Shown here: positions 9,474 to 18,288 of the stretch, in pieces
How the letters are laid out: each line of letters begins with the position of its first letter
How positions within the stretch are numbered: the first letter of the stretch is position 1
Source of the DNA: an uncultured Candidatus Binatia bacterium
Lineage (GTDB): Bacteria; Desulfobacterota; Binatia; UBA9968; JAJDTQ01
NCBI GenBank assembly: GCA_965242525.1
Contig: OZ251459.1
Location: forward strand, 2,048,001-2,112,000
Length of the DNA stretch: 64,000 bases
Direction of reading: 5' to 3'
The notes under the pieces: model-generated
Seen by the model: only the letters and a program-made list of their open reading frames with translations
The model's database searches: none
Told to the model about the DNA's origin: nothing
Translations under genes and position numbers: made by a program

Positions 9474-10697
9474 ATGAACAAGGCCGAACTGATCGAGCTG
9501 ATCCGCAACCACGAGAACTCGGGCGTAGAGTTCAAACGCGACGACATCACGCCGGAGAAGCTGGCCGGAGAGATGGCGGCCCTGCTGAACCTGGAAGGCG
9601 GCCATATCCTCCTCGGCGTGGAAAAGGACCAGACCGTCAGCGGCCTGACCCGGGACCGGGCCAAGGCCGAGGAATGGGTCATGGAGACGGCCCGGACACA
9701 CGTGCAGCCTGCCGCGACCCCTTACTGGGAGACCATCCATTGGGATGGCGGCAAAGTGGTGGGCGTCGTGTCCCTCCCCGCGGACGCGCCGGACAAGCCC
9801 TACAAGGCGAAACACCGATCGGTCTGGGTCACGAAGATGCGGGTCGGAACCACCACGCGCGACGCGACGCGGGAGGAAGAGGAACGTCTCTACCAGCAAT
9901 CCGGGCGGCTTCGGTACGGCCTCAAGCCCGTGCCCGGGGCCGCCATCGACACACTCGACCCGCGTCGTCTGCGGGACTACTTCGGTCGTGTCCTGGGAGG
10001 CGATGCCCCGGGCGGCGGCGACGTCGACGGGTGGCGCACGCTGCTGTCGAACCTGGACTTGGCGGCCGCTTCCGCGGGACGAACGGTTGCGACCATCGAC
10101 GGGACGCTGCTGTTCGGGAAGAACCCCAAACGCGCCCTTCCCCAATCGGGCGTCCGGGGCGTCTGCTACCTTGGCGAGGCGCCGGACTACGCCGCGCGCG
10201 CCGACGAGGACCTGAAGGGACCCCTGGCGCCGCTGGGCGCTCACGACGGCTCGATGGCGGAGCCCGGGTTGGTGGACCAGGCATGGGACTTCGTGCGCCG
10301 GAACACGACCCCCTCCGCTCGGCTGGAAGGCGCGCGCAGGGTGGACCGTTGGGAATACCCCGAAGCCGTCGTGCGCGAGGCCGTGGGCAACGCCCTGGTC
10401 CACCGCGACTACAGCGTGGCGGGGACCGACGTGCTGCTTGCGATCTTCCCCGACCGCCTCGAAATCACGAGCCCCGGACGCTTGCCCAACACGGTGACGC
10501 CGGAGGGAATGAAACTGGGCATGCGCTATGCCCGCAACCAGACGCTGGTCAACGTAATGCGTGACTATGGGTACGTGGATGCCCGCGGCATGGGCGTGCG
10601 CAACAAGATCATCCCCGGGATGCGCGCCCACAACGGCACCGAGCCGGACCTGGTCGAAGAGGAGAACCGCTTCACCGTCCGGTTGTGGAAGGCATGA
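9474..10697 (+). CDS. Schlafen AlbA_2 domain + HATPase_c_4 (RecG C-terminal-like) protein
   Basis: ENSGVEFKRD, LNLEGGHILLGV, REAVGNALVHRDY, LEITSPG, RN, GMGV. Confidence 0.85.
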   Translation: MNKAELIELIRNHENSGVEFKRDDITPEKLAGEMAALLNLEGGHILLGVEKDQTVSGLTRDRAKAEEWVMETARTHVQPAATPYWETIHWDGGKVVGVVSLPADAPDKPYKAKHRSVWVTKMRVGTTTRDATREEEERLYQQSGRLRYGLKPVPGAAIDTLDPRRLRDYFGRVLGGDAPGGGDVDGWRTLLSNLDLAAASAGRTVATIDGTLLFGKNPKRALPQSGVRGVCYLGEAPDYAARADEDLKGPLAPLGAHDGSMAEPGLVDQAWDFVRRNTTPSARLEGARRVDRWEYPEAVVREAVGNALVHRDYSVAGTDVLLAIFPDRLEITSPGRLPNTVTPEGMKLGMRYARNQTLVNVMRDYGYVDARGMGVRNKIIPGMRAHNGTEPDLVEEENRFTVRLWKA

Positions 10698-10699
10698 AC

Positions 10700-10791
10700 T
10701 GGCGGAGGGGGCGAGATTCGAACTCGCGGTCCGCGGTCAAGCGGACTCCGGTTTTCAAGACCGGCGCCTTAAACCACTCGGCCACCCCTCC
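10700..10791 (-). tRNA. tRNA-Ser (TGA)
   Basis: GGAGGGGTGGCCGAGTGGTTTAAGGCG-CCGGT-CTTGAAA-ACCGG, long variable arm, GTTCGAATC T-loop, CCCCTCC-GCCA end. Confidence 0.97.
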
Positions 10792-10829
10792 GTATGCGGG
10801 AAACCGCAGGCCCCGTCGGCCATAGGACG

Positions 10830-11309
10830 TCACGGACCCTTGGGGGGATTCTGCCACTTGGCGAACGGATTTGCCACAAGGTTGGCGTTGTAGAACCGGG
10901 GGTCATGGGTGACTTCTTCCCCCACCCATGACGGTTTCGTCAGTGGCCGGTCTTCCCGGTCGAGCTCGACCTCGGCCACCACCAGGCCCCGGTTGTCGCC
11001 GAGGAACTCGTCCACTTCCCAGACCAGGCCGTCGTGCTCCACCCGCCGGCGCACCTTTTCCACCAGGGGTTGCTCGCACAAACGCAGCAATTCGCCCGCG
11101 TCCTCCGGCGGGATCTCGTACTCGAACTCGGTGCGCGCCGCGCCCCGGTTGATCCCCTTGACGGCGAGGGTGGCCTTCCCGCCCTCGACGCGCACGCGCA
11201 CCGTGCTTTCCGGCCGGGTGCACAGGTAGCCCTGCCGAAGGACCACCCCTTCGGCGCGGCGCCATTGGTCGCCGGTGACCAGGAACTTGCGCTCCACCTC
11301 CAGCGCCAT
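10830..11309 (-). CDS. CYTH domain protein (triphosphate tunnel metalloenzyme)
   Basis: EVERKFLV, QGYL, VRVR, EFEYEIP, WEVDEF, AEVEL. Confidence 0.92.
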   Translation of the reverse strand: MALEVERKFLVTGDQWRRAEGVVLRQGYLCTRPESTVRVRVEGGKATLAVKGINRGAARTEFEYEIPPEDAGELLRLCEQPLVEKVRRRVEHDGLVWEVDEFLGDNRGLVVAEVELDREDRPLTKPSWVGEEVTHDPRFYNANLVANPFAKWQNPPKGP

Positions 11310-11337
11310 GCGGTCCCCGCTGCCGCGCCTCCGGCGG

Positions 11338-12333
11338 CTACTTCAGCCGGCGCAGCACGTTCCCGGCCAAGCCTTGCAGGTATTCCTTTCGGCCGGACAG
11401 GTCCTTGGGCATGTTGAGCAGGGTCATCCCCACGTACTCCACGCCGTCGTCGGCCAGCCGTCCGAGCCGCTCCAGGCAATCGTCGCCGTTCCCGGCCACG
11501 GCCCAGGCGCCGACCTCGGAGTCCGAGGCGATGTTGATCTTGACCATGGTGTCTTCCTGCATGTTCCAACTGCTGTACATCTTGTAGGAAGACGCCGCGG
11601 ACTCCCGGGCCTCGGCGATGGCGGTCTCCCGGTCCCGGGCGAAGGCCACGCCCCGGGAGATGGTGATCCTGCCGGCGTCCTGCCCGGTGGCGCTGCGCTC
11701 GTCCCGGTAGATGGAGATCAGGCGGGCCACGTCGTCGAAGCCCACCTGGGGCGCCAGGTACGCGGCGTCGGCGATGCGCGCGGACCGGCGCACCGCCCCT
11801 TCGCTCTGGCACGCGATCCAGATGGGCGGATGGGGCTTCTGGATGGGCGTGAACCCCATCCTGGCCCCGTGCACGGTCCAGTACTTCCCTTCGTAGTCGA
11901 TCTCCTCCCCGGTCCACAGGCGCTTCATCACCTCGATGGACTCGGCGAGCCGCGAGACCCGCTGCTTGCGGTTCGACCCCACCGCCTCCAGCTCGGTATC
12001 GCGGTAGCCCAGGCCCACGCCCAGGACGAACCGGCCCTTGGCGATGTGGTCCAGGGTCGCCACGTCTTCGGCCACCTGGAGCGGGTTGTGCAGCGGCAGC
12101 AGCACGATGCCGGTCTGCAACCGCATCTCCCCCACTTCCGGCGCCAGCCGCGCCAGCATGGGGAAGGGCTGCGGCCAGATGGTGGGGTGCGAGACCCAGT
12201 GCTGGGGCATGGTGATGGCGGCGAAGCCGCAGTCCCGCGCCACGTGGCAGATCTCCACCGCGTCGTCGATCTGCTCGTGCAGGGGCCGCGCCGGATCGGT
12301 AAAGAAAGAACGGAAATAGATGCCGAGTTCCAC
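11338..12333 (-). CDS. LLM-class flavin-dependent oxidoreductase
   Basis: PLHNPLQVAEDVATLD, GRFVLGVGLGYR, PIQKPHPPIWI. Confidence 0.9.
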   Translation of the reverse strand: MELGIYFRSFFTDPARPLHEQIDDAVEICHVARDCGFAAITMPQHWVSHPTIWPQPFPMLARLAPEVGEMRLQTGIVLLPLHNPLQVAEDVATLDHIAKGRFVLGVGLGYRDTELEAVGSNRKQRVSRLAESIEVMKRLWTGEEIDYEGKYWTVHGARMGFTPIQKPHPPIWIACQSEGAVRRSARIADAAYLAPQVGFDDVARLISIYRDERSATGQDAGRITISRGVAFARDRETAIAEARESAASSYKMYSSWNMQEDTMVKINIASDSEVGAWAVAGNGDDCLERLGRLADDGVEYVGMTLLNMPKDLSGRKEYLQGLAGNVLRRLK

Positions 12334-12517
12334 GAAAGAATCCTCCTCGAACGAACGGATGGTTTCAAGAGGCTCCCGGAGGGTCCCGCGCGCCCCTCCC
12401 GGGACCGCGAGCGCGTCGCAAGGTTTCCGTCACAAGGCACGGGTACGCTGCAAGGTCCGGCGAACGCGGTCGAAAGGCCGCCTCCCCTTCATGGCAAGCA
12501 AGACCCGCCCTTGTCAA

Positions 12518-12627
12518 GGAAACCTCGAACAACGAACCCCGTCCATCCTGAGCGTAGCGAAGCGAAGTCGAAGGACGCGCTTTCGCATAGGGAAAGGGGA
12601 CGCAAACCGGAATGGATCGGACGTTCC
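12518..12627. repeat. Family B miniature element in a divergent promoter region
   Basis: GGAAACCTCGAACAA...GGACGTTCC ends; CCTGAGCGTAGCGAAGCGAAGTCGAAGGACG core. Confidence 0.7.
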
Positions 12628-12733
12628 TCGACTTGCCGCCGGCGGCGCCGGGCCGGAAGCCGTCCCGCACGGCCCGGGACGCAAGCGCACGGCAAGTTGA
12701 CAGAACCCCGCGGGTCCTCTAACAGATAGCCCC

Positions 12734-14152
12734 ATGGTTTCATCATCCACGGGAAGCGGACCGGGAAAGGCTCCCGACGTGGACGTGCTCATCGCGGGCG
12801 GAGGCAACGCCGCCATGTGCGCCGCCCTCATGGCCCGCCACGGGGGCGCCAGCGTGCTGGTGCTGGAGGCCGCGCCCCAGGCGTTTCGCGGCGGCAACAG
12901 CCGCCACACCCGCAACCTCCGCTACATGCACGAAGGCGAGGACGGGTTCCTCACCGGCTCCTACCCGGAGGAAGAGTTCTGGAACGACCTCCTGCGCGTG
13001 ACCGGCGGCGACACCAACGAGGAACTGGCGCGCTTCACAATCCGCGAGTCCCGGGACGCGGGCGACTGGATGGCCGCCCACGGGGTCCGCTGGCAGCCGT
13101 CGCTTCGCGGCACCCTCCAGTTGTCGCGCACCAACGCGTTCTTCCTGGGCGGCGGCAAGGCCCTGGTCAACGCCTACTACGAGACCGCCCGGAAGATGGG
13201 CGTCCGGGTGGAGTACGAGACCGAGGTGCGGGATCTGGACATCGAGGACGGCGTGTTCCGCTCCGCGGTGGTGGAGCACCGCGGCCAGGCGCGGGAAGTG
13301 GCGGCCAAGGCGTTCGTCGGGGCCTCCGGCGGCTTCGAGGCCAACGTCCCGTGGCTCAAGGAGTACTGGGGCGAGGCCGCGGAGAACTTCGTCATCCGGG
13401 GCACCCCCTACAACAAGGGGCGGGTGCTGCGCCAGCTCCTGGACAACGGCGCGCGGCCGGTGGGGCGGCCCAAGGGCTTCCACGCCATCGCCCTGGACGC
13501 GCGCGCGCCCAAGTTCGACGGCGGCATCGTCACGCGGCTGGACAGCGTCCCCTTCGGAGTCGTGGTCAACCGGAACGCCGAGCGCTTCTACGACGAGGGC
13601 GAAGACTTCTGGCCCAAGCGCTACGCCATCTGGGGTACGCTCATCGCCGGCCAACCCGACCAGGAGGCGTATTCCATCGTAGACGCCAAGTCCATCGACC
13701 TCTTCCTGCCGTCGGTCTTTCCGCCGGTGCAGGCGGACTCCGTCCGGCAACTGGCCGCGGCCCTGGACCTCAACCCGGCCAAGCTGGAGGCCACGGTGGA
13801 GGCGTTCAACCGCGCGGTCCGGCCCGGGGCCTTCGACCCCACGGAGTTGGACGACTGCGCCACCGAAGGCATGGACCCGCCCAAAAGCCACTGGGCGCGT
13901 CCCATCGACACCCCGCCGTTCTACGGCTACCCGCTGCGGCCGGGCATCACGTTCACCTACCTGGGGGTCACCGTGAACCGGCAGGCGCAGGTGGTGTTCG
14001 GCGAGGACCGGCCCTCTCCCAACGTCTTTGCGGCCGGGGAGATGATGTCGGGAAACATCCTGGGAAAGGGCTATCTGGCGGGGTTCGGCATGACCATCGG
14101 AACGGTGTTCGGCCGCATCGCCGGAAGGGAGGCTGCGCGTGCCGTCGTCTGA
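12734..14152 (+). CDS. tcuA: FAD-dependent tricarballylate dehydrogenase TcuA
   Basis: GGGNAA FAD motif, RGGNSRHTRNLR, RTNAFFLGGGKAL, DARAPKFDGGIVTRLD. Confidence 0.93.
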   Translation: MVSSSTGSGPGKAPDVDVLIAGGGNAAMCAALMARHGGASVLVLEAAPQAFRGGNSRHTRNLRYMHEGEDGFLTGSYPEEEFWNDLLRVTGGDTNEELARFTIRESRDAGDWMAAHGVRWQPSLRGTLQLSRTNAFFLGGGKALVNAYYETARKMGVRVEYETEVRDLDIEDGVFRSAVVEHRGQAREVAAKAFVGASGGFEANVPWLKEYWGEAAENFVIRGTPYNKGRVLRQLLDNGARPVGRPKGFHAIALDARAPKFDGGIVTRLDSVPFGVVVNRNAERFYDEGEDFWPKRYAIWGTLIAGQPDQEAYSIVDAKSIDLFLPSVFPPVQADSVRQLAAALDLNPAKLEATVEAFNRAVRPGAFDPTELDDCATEGMDPPKSHWARPIDTPPFYGYPLRPGITFTYLGVTVNRQAQVVFGEDRPSPNVFAAGEMMSGNILGKGYLAGFGMTIGTVFGRIAGREAARAVV

Positions 14153-15257
14153 GAATCTCAAGGAAGCCGACCGGGTCATGACCATCTGCAACGCCTGCCG
14201 CTACTGCGCGGGCTTCTGCGCGGTGTTCCCGGCCATGGAGCGGCGGCGCACCTTCGACGCCAAGGATCTGGTCTATCTGTCCAACCTGTGCTTCGAGTGC
14301 CGGGCCTGCTACTACGCCTGCCAGTACGCGCCGCCCCACGAGTTCGCGGTCAACGTGCCCCAGGCCCTGTCCCGGCTCCGGGCCGACACCTACGCGGACT
14401 ACGCCTGGCCCCGGATCCTGTCCGGCCTGTACCGCAACAACGCCTTCCTGGTGGGGCTCGTCACCACCGTGTGCGTGGTCGCGGCCTTCGTGCTCACCCT
14501 CGCCTACCAGGGCAGCTCGACCCTGTTCTCGGCCCACCAGGGCGACGGCGCGTTCTACGCGGTGGTGCCCTACGGCGCCATGGTGCTGCCGGCCATGGTG
14601 ATGTTCTTCTACGCCATTTTCGCGCTGCTGGCGGGGTTCGTCAGCTTCTGGCGGCGGACCCGCGGCAGCCTCGCGGACCTCATCGACCTGCCCGCCTTCG
14701 CGCGCGCCATGAAGGACGCCTTCGGCCTGCAATACATGAAGGGCGGAGGAGACGGGTGCAACTACCCCGACGAGAAGTTCTCCAAGAGCCGCATGTGGCA
14801 CCACCACCTGGTGTTCTACGGCTTCCTGCTGGACTTCGCGGCCACCACCACCGCGGCCTTCTACCACCACTTCCTGCACCTGGAAGCGCCCTACCCCTAC
14901 CTCAGCGCGCCCGTGGTGCTGGGGACCGTGGGCGGCGTCATGATGTGCATCGGCACGGTGGGGCTCCTGTGGCTCAAGCACGGGAGCGACCGGGAACCGG
15001 CCGAGGAGAAGATGCTCAGCCTGGACAGGACCTTCCTGGTCATGCTCTTCCTCACCAGCTTTACCGGGCTGCTGCTGCTGGTCTTCCGCGAGACCTCGTT
15101 CATGGGGACGCTGCTGGTCATCCACCTGGGCGTGGTAGCCGGACTCTTCCTGACCTTGCCCTACAGCAAGTTCGCCCACGCCGTATATCGCTACGGGGCG
15201 CTGATCCAGAACGCCATCGAGTTGCGGGAAGAGAACAGCCGCGTAGTGCTCGGCTGA
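14139..15257 (+). CDS. tcuB: Tricarballylate utilization 4Fe-4S membrane protein TcuB
   Basis: ICNACRYC..FCAVFPAM, NLCFECRACYYACQYAPPHEF, TM helices, PYSKFAH. Confidence 0.93.
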   Translation: MPSSENLKEADRVMTICNACRYCAGFCAVFPAMERRRTFDAKDLVYLSNLCFECRACYYACQYAPPHEFAVNVPQALSRLRADTYADYAWPRILSGLYRNNAFLVGLVTTVCVVAAFVLTLAYQGSSTLFSAHQGDGAFYAVVPYGAMVLPAMVMFFYAIFALLAGFVSFWRRTRGSLADLIDLPAFARAMKDAFGLQYMKGGGDGCNYPDEKFSKSRMWHHHLVFYGFLLDFAATTTAAFYHHFLHLEAPYPYLSAPVVLGTVGGVMMCIGTVGLLWLKHGSDREPAEEKMLSLDRTFLVMLFLTSFTGLLLLVFRETSFMGTLLVIHLGVVAGLFLTLPYSKFAHAVYRYGALIQNAIELREENSRVVLG

Positions 15258-15302
15258 CCCGAACCGCGTCCGCGGTCGCCGATGGACGGAGACGCCCGTT
15301 CG

Positions 15303-15731
15303 GGAGACCTCGAACAATCGGCAGAGGGCATGCGTGCGTCCTTCGACTTCGCTTCGCTACGCTCAGGACGAACGGGGAAAGGAGGGTCAAGGTGAGGGAA
15401 TCCATCCTCCTGTCTCAATTGAGGCTCTTCCAGCTTTCGTGTGGGTAAGGTAGGAGGGAAAGGGAACGAAAAGGATCCGCGGTCATTGCTCCCAGACACC
15501 TGCCCCGTCATTCCCGCAGCCGCCCACCATTCCCGCAGCCGCCCGCTCCCGTCATTCCCGCGAAAGCGGGAATCCAGACCCTGCGAGCAAACCACATGGG
15601 CGCCCTGTATGAGAGGTTTGTACAACGAGAGCGATGAAACCGGATGGATTCCCGCTTTCGCGGGAATGACGGGAGCGGGAGTGTCGCAACCCACACGAAT
15701 TCCGGAAGCGCCTCGTTCGTCCGGACGTTCC
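15303..15731. mobile_element. Family B element interrupted by a family A element (15427-15708)
   Basis: B left TIR and core at 15303-15420; A with TIRs GAGGCTCTTCC...GGAAGCGCCTC and a REP doublet; residual B-like end GGACGTTCC. Confidence 0.7.
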
Positions 15732-15732
15732 T

Positions 15733-16731
15733 TCAGTAGGTGTCCAGCATCCGCTGGATGGAGTCCGGGTCGTGGGTGACGCTCAGGGCCAGGGCCAGCA
15801 GCACCCGGGCTTTCCAGGGTTGGAGATTGTCCGCGGCCACGACTCCCCGGGCGCGCAGCGACGGGCTGCGCGCCACCCGGCCGGAACCCACCCGGCTGCC
15901 GATGCAGATCATCACGCCCTTGCGGCGGGCGCGCTCCAGCGCCTCGTCCTGCGCCGGGGTGGGCCGGCCCGCCCCGGTGGCGGCGCAGACGATGCCCTTG
16001 GCGCCCGCGGCCACGCTGGCGTCGATCATGGCGCCGTCCGCTCCCGCGTGTGACACCACCACGTCCACCCGAGGCAGCGCCTCCAACCCGCTCACGTCGA
16101 ACTCGGTCCCGGTGGTGTGCGGCTTGACCGTGCGGTGGTAGTAGCGCACGCGGCCGTCCGCGTCGGCAAAGCCCAGGGGTCCCAGGTCCCGCCCCTGGAA
16201 CGCTTCCACGCGGTAGGTGGCCGTCTTGGTCAGGTCCCGGGCGCCGTAGATGCGGTCGTTCATCACCGCCAGCACACCGCACCCGCGGGAATGGGGCTCC
16301 GCGGCCACCCGCACGGCGTTGAGCAGGTTCAGGTAACCGTCCGCGCTCAACGCCGACGCCGGCCGCATGGACCCCACCAGCACCACCGGCCGGTCCGTCT
16401 TGAGGACCAAGTTCAGGAAGTAGGCCGTCTCTTCGAGGGTGTTGGTGCCGTGGGTGACGACCGCGCCGTCGGCTCGGTCCTGCGCAAAGACCTCGTGCAG
16501 CAGCTCCGTCAGGTCGAGCCAGTCCCGATCCGTCAGTGCGTGGCTCGGCAACCGCCGAAACAGCGTTTCCTCCACCGAGGCGATGTCCGCAAGCTCCGGG
16601 ACCGAGCCCACGAGATCCCCCGCATCGAGCCGCCGGTTGTTCTCGATGTACCAGGCAAGGTCCAGGCGGTCGGCTCCCACCGAGTCGATGGTGCCGCCGG
16701 TGACGATCAAGGCAACTCTGGGTAAGGCCAT
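15733..16731 (-). CDS. Asparaginase/glutaminase family protein
   Basis: TGGTI, HGTNTLEETAY, GSMRP, SADG, KAR; start taken at MALPRV. Confidence 0.9.
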   Translation of the reverse strand: MALPRVALIVTGGTIDSVGADRLDLAWYIENNRRLDAGDLVGSVPELADIASVEETLFRRLPSHALTDRDWLDLTELLHEVFAQDRADGAVVTHGTNTLEETAYFLNLVLKTDRPVVLVGSMRPASALSADGYLNLLNAVRVAAEPHSRGCGVLAVMNDRIYGARDLTKTATYRVEAFQGRDLGPLGFADADGRVRYYHRTVKPHTTGTEFDVSGLEALPRVDVVVSHAGADGAMIDASVAAGAKGIVCAATGAGRPTPAQDEALERARRKGVMICIGSRVGSGRVARSPSLRARGVVAADNLQPWKARVLLALALSVTHDPDSIQRMLDTY

Positions 16732-16822
16732 GTGGTCGCTTGGAGTCAGGACGGATGGGAAGGGAGAGAAGATACGCCGCCCACGGGCAACCTTGCGCCC
16801 TGGGCGGCGTTTTTTCCGCGGG

Positions 16823-17989
16823 TCAGGGACCGTCAGGGACCAGCTTTCCCCCGAATGCCCCGAAGTGATAAGCCGTATAGGCCGAACGGGGCCTGTTAAC
16901 GAAGATCCCCCCCACTTCGCCACCTTGATAAAACCTACCCTCCACTCTGCCAGGGCCATCTACAGGGGTAATCTGTCGTATGCCATTATCGAACGCCCCT
17001 TCATTATCAACGGGAATGTTCGACCAAGTCACTGGATAACCCGGGGTTGGAAAGTCTATCTCCAGGTTTAGTTGACCCCCTGTAGCACCCCTCGTATATG
17101 TCAACTCGAACTGTCCCACAGAGCCTTGGTACATCATGGTCTTTCCCCGATATACCCCGACAACGGGGGTGGTATCCATTATGCCCATGGAAATCATACG
17201 AGCATAAGTATTTAGACTGTAGAAATCGGACGGTGAGCTCTCACCGCTTGGCCTGGGTGTCTCCTCTAGAATAAATATGCTATTACTGAGCCAACGACCC
17301 CAATATCTCCTGGGGCCGGGCCTATCCTCCTCAAACCATCCTTCGATACTACCCACGGATAGAGCCCATTCTTCCCTTCTCGCTTCAGTCAGTAGTTCAG
17401 TCAGTGGCTTTGCGTTCGCAAGCATCTCTTTCACGACGGCTTGGCAGGCCGCAACGCCGCCGTCACATGTCGCTCCTGGAAAGTCGCTTGCTCGTGCGTG
17501 CGTCCGGTGGTTCATACGACCGATCAGACTAGGCAGTTCCCGCCAATCAACAAGCGGAGGTTCAACAGCCGGGGGTTCAATAACCGGATGGGCAAACTGG
17601 TCTCCGCCATCATCTGGCGGCGTTGTCGGAGTAGTCGGAGTTACAACCCGGACGCCTTGAATTTCAATCCGGAGGCTACCGGCCAGCAAGGTAACGGTAC
17701 CGTCGGCCGCAACCGTGATCCTGCAGTTTTCGCTGCCGGCAGAACACCTGATCACCGTCTCCATGCCGTCGGCTTCCCGAACCGGCAGGGACTCATCAGC
17801 AGGGATAGTGACAGTACCTGTCTGCAACGTATGACCCGGGGGCAAGGGTATAGGTCCCGGCCCAAAGGTTGGCGTAGGTGTCGGTGAAGCCCCACCTGCC
17901 ATGGACGCGCCCCTGCTACCGCCACCGCACCCGGCCAGCATCAACGCGCCTGCTACTGCCAACGCCAGGATGGTTCCTTTCATGTCCAT
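16823..17989 (-). CDS. Putative surface lipoprotein with a TbpB-like C-terminal barrel
   Basis: Lipobox LAGC then a Gly/Ser/Pro-Thr linker; ends GRFY..GEVGGIF...GAFGGK; visibly lower GC. Confidence 0.6.
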   Translation of the reverse strand: MDMKGTILALAVAGALMLAGCGGGSRGASMAGGASPTPTPTFGPGPIPLPPGHTLQTGTVTIPADESLPVREADGMETVIRCSAGSENCRITVAADGTVTLLAGSLRIEIQGVRVVTPTTPTTPPDDGGDQFAHPVIEPPAVEPPLVDWRELPSLIGRMNHRTHARASDFPGATCDGGVAACQAVVKEMLANAKPLTELLTEARREEWALSVGSIEGWFEEDRPGPRRYWGRWLSNSIFILEETPRPSGESSPSDFYSLNTYARMISMGIMDTTPVVGVYRGKTMMYQGSVGQFELTYTRGATGGQLNLEIDFPTPGYPVTWSNIPVDNEGAFDNGIRQITPVDGPGRVEGRFYQGGEVGGIFVNRPRSAYTAYHFGAFGGKLVPDGP

Positions 17990-18288
17990 TCCTCCCGTCT
18001 ATTCAGGCTCGAAGCCCTGCCGCTGTTCATGGCGGCGGCGTGCAGCGTAGGGTTTGACGAGGGATGAAGGGTCCCCCGGTAGTGGAACCACACGCCGCCA
18101 AGCCCCGCAGCCCACTACCGATCCCATATCCCACAGGGAGAGAAGATTCAAGCCGGAATTGTTCAGAGTTTCCGTAAGGGAGTCGGGAGGGAGGAACGGC
18201 GCTGGCGCGGGCAGGCTCGGAGGGCGGGTGGCGGCGGTCCGGGCGTGTTGGGAGAGACAGCGCAGGCGCGCTGGCGCGGGCGGCCCGG

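Noticed and set aside
6808-10700. att direct repeat for a tRNA-Ser-integrated element
   Set aside because: No duplicate of the tRNA 3' end was found at the left boundary, and there is no integrase
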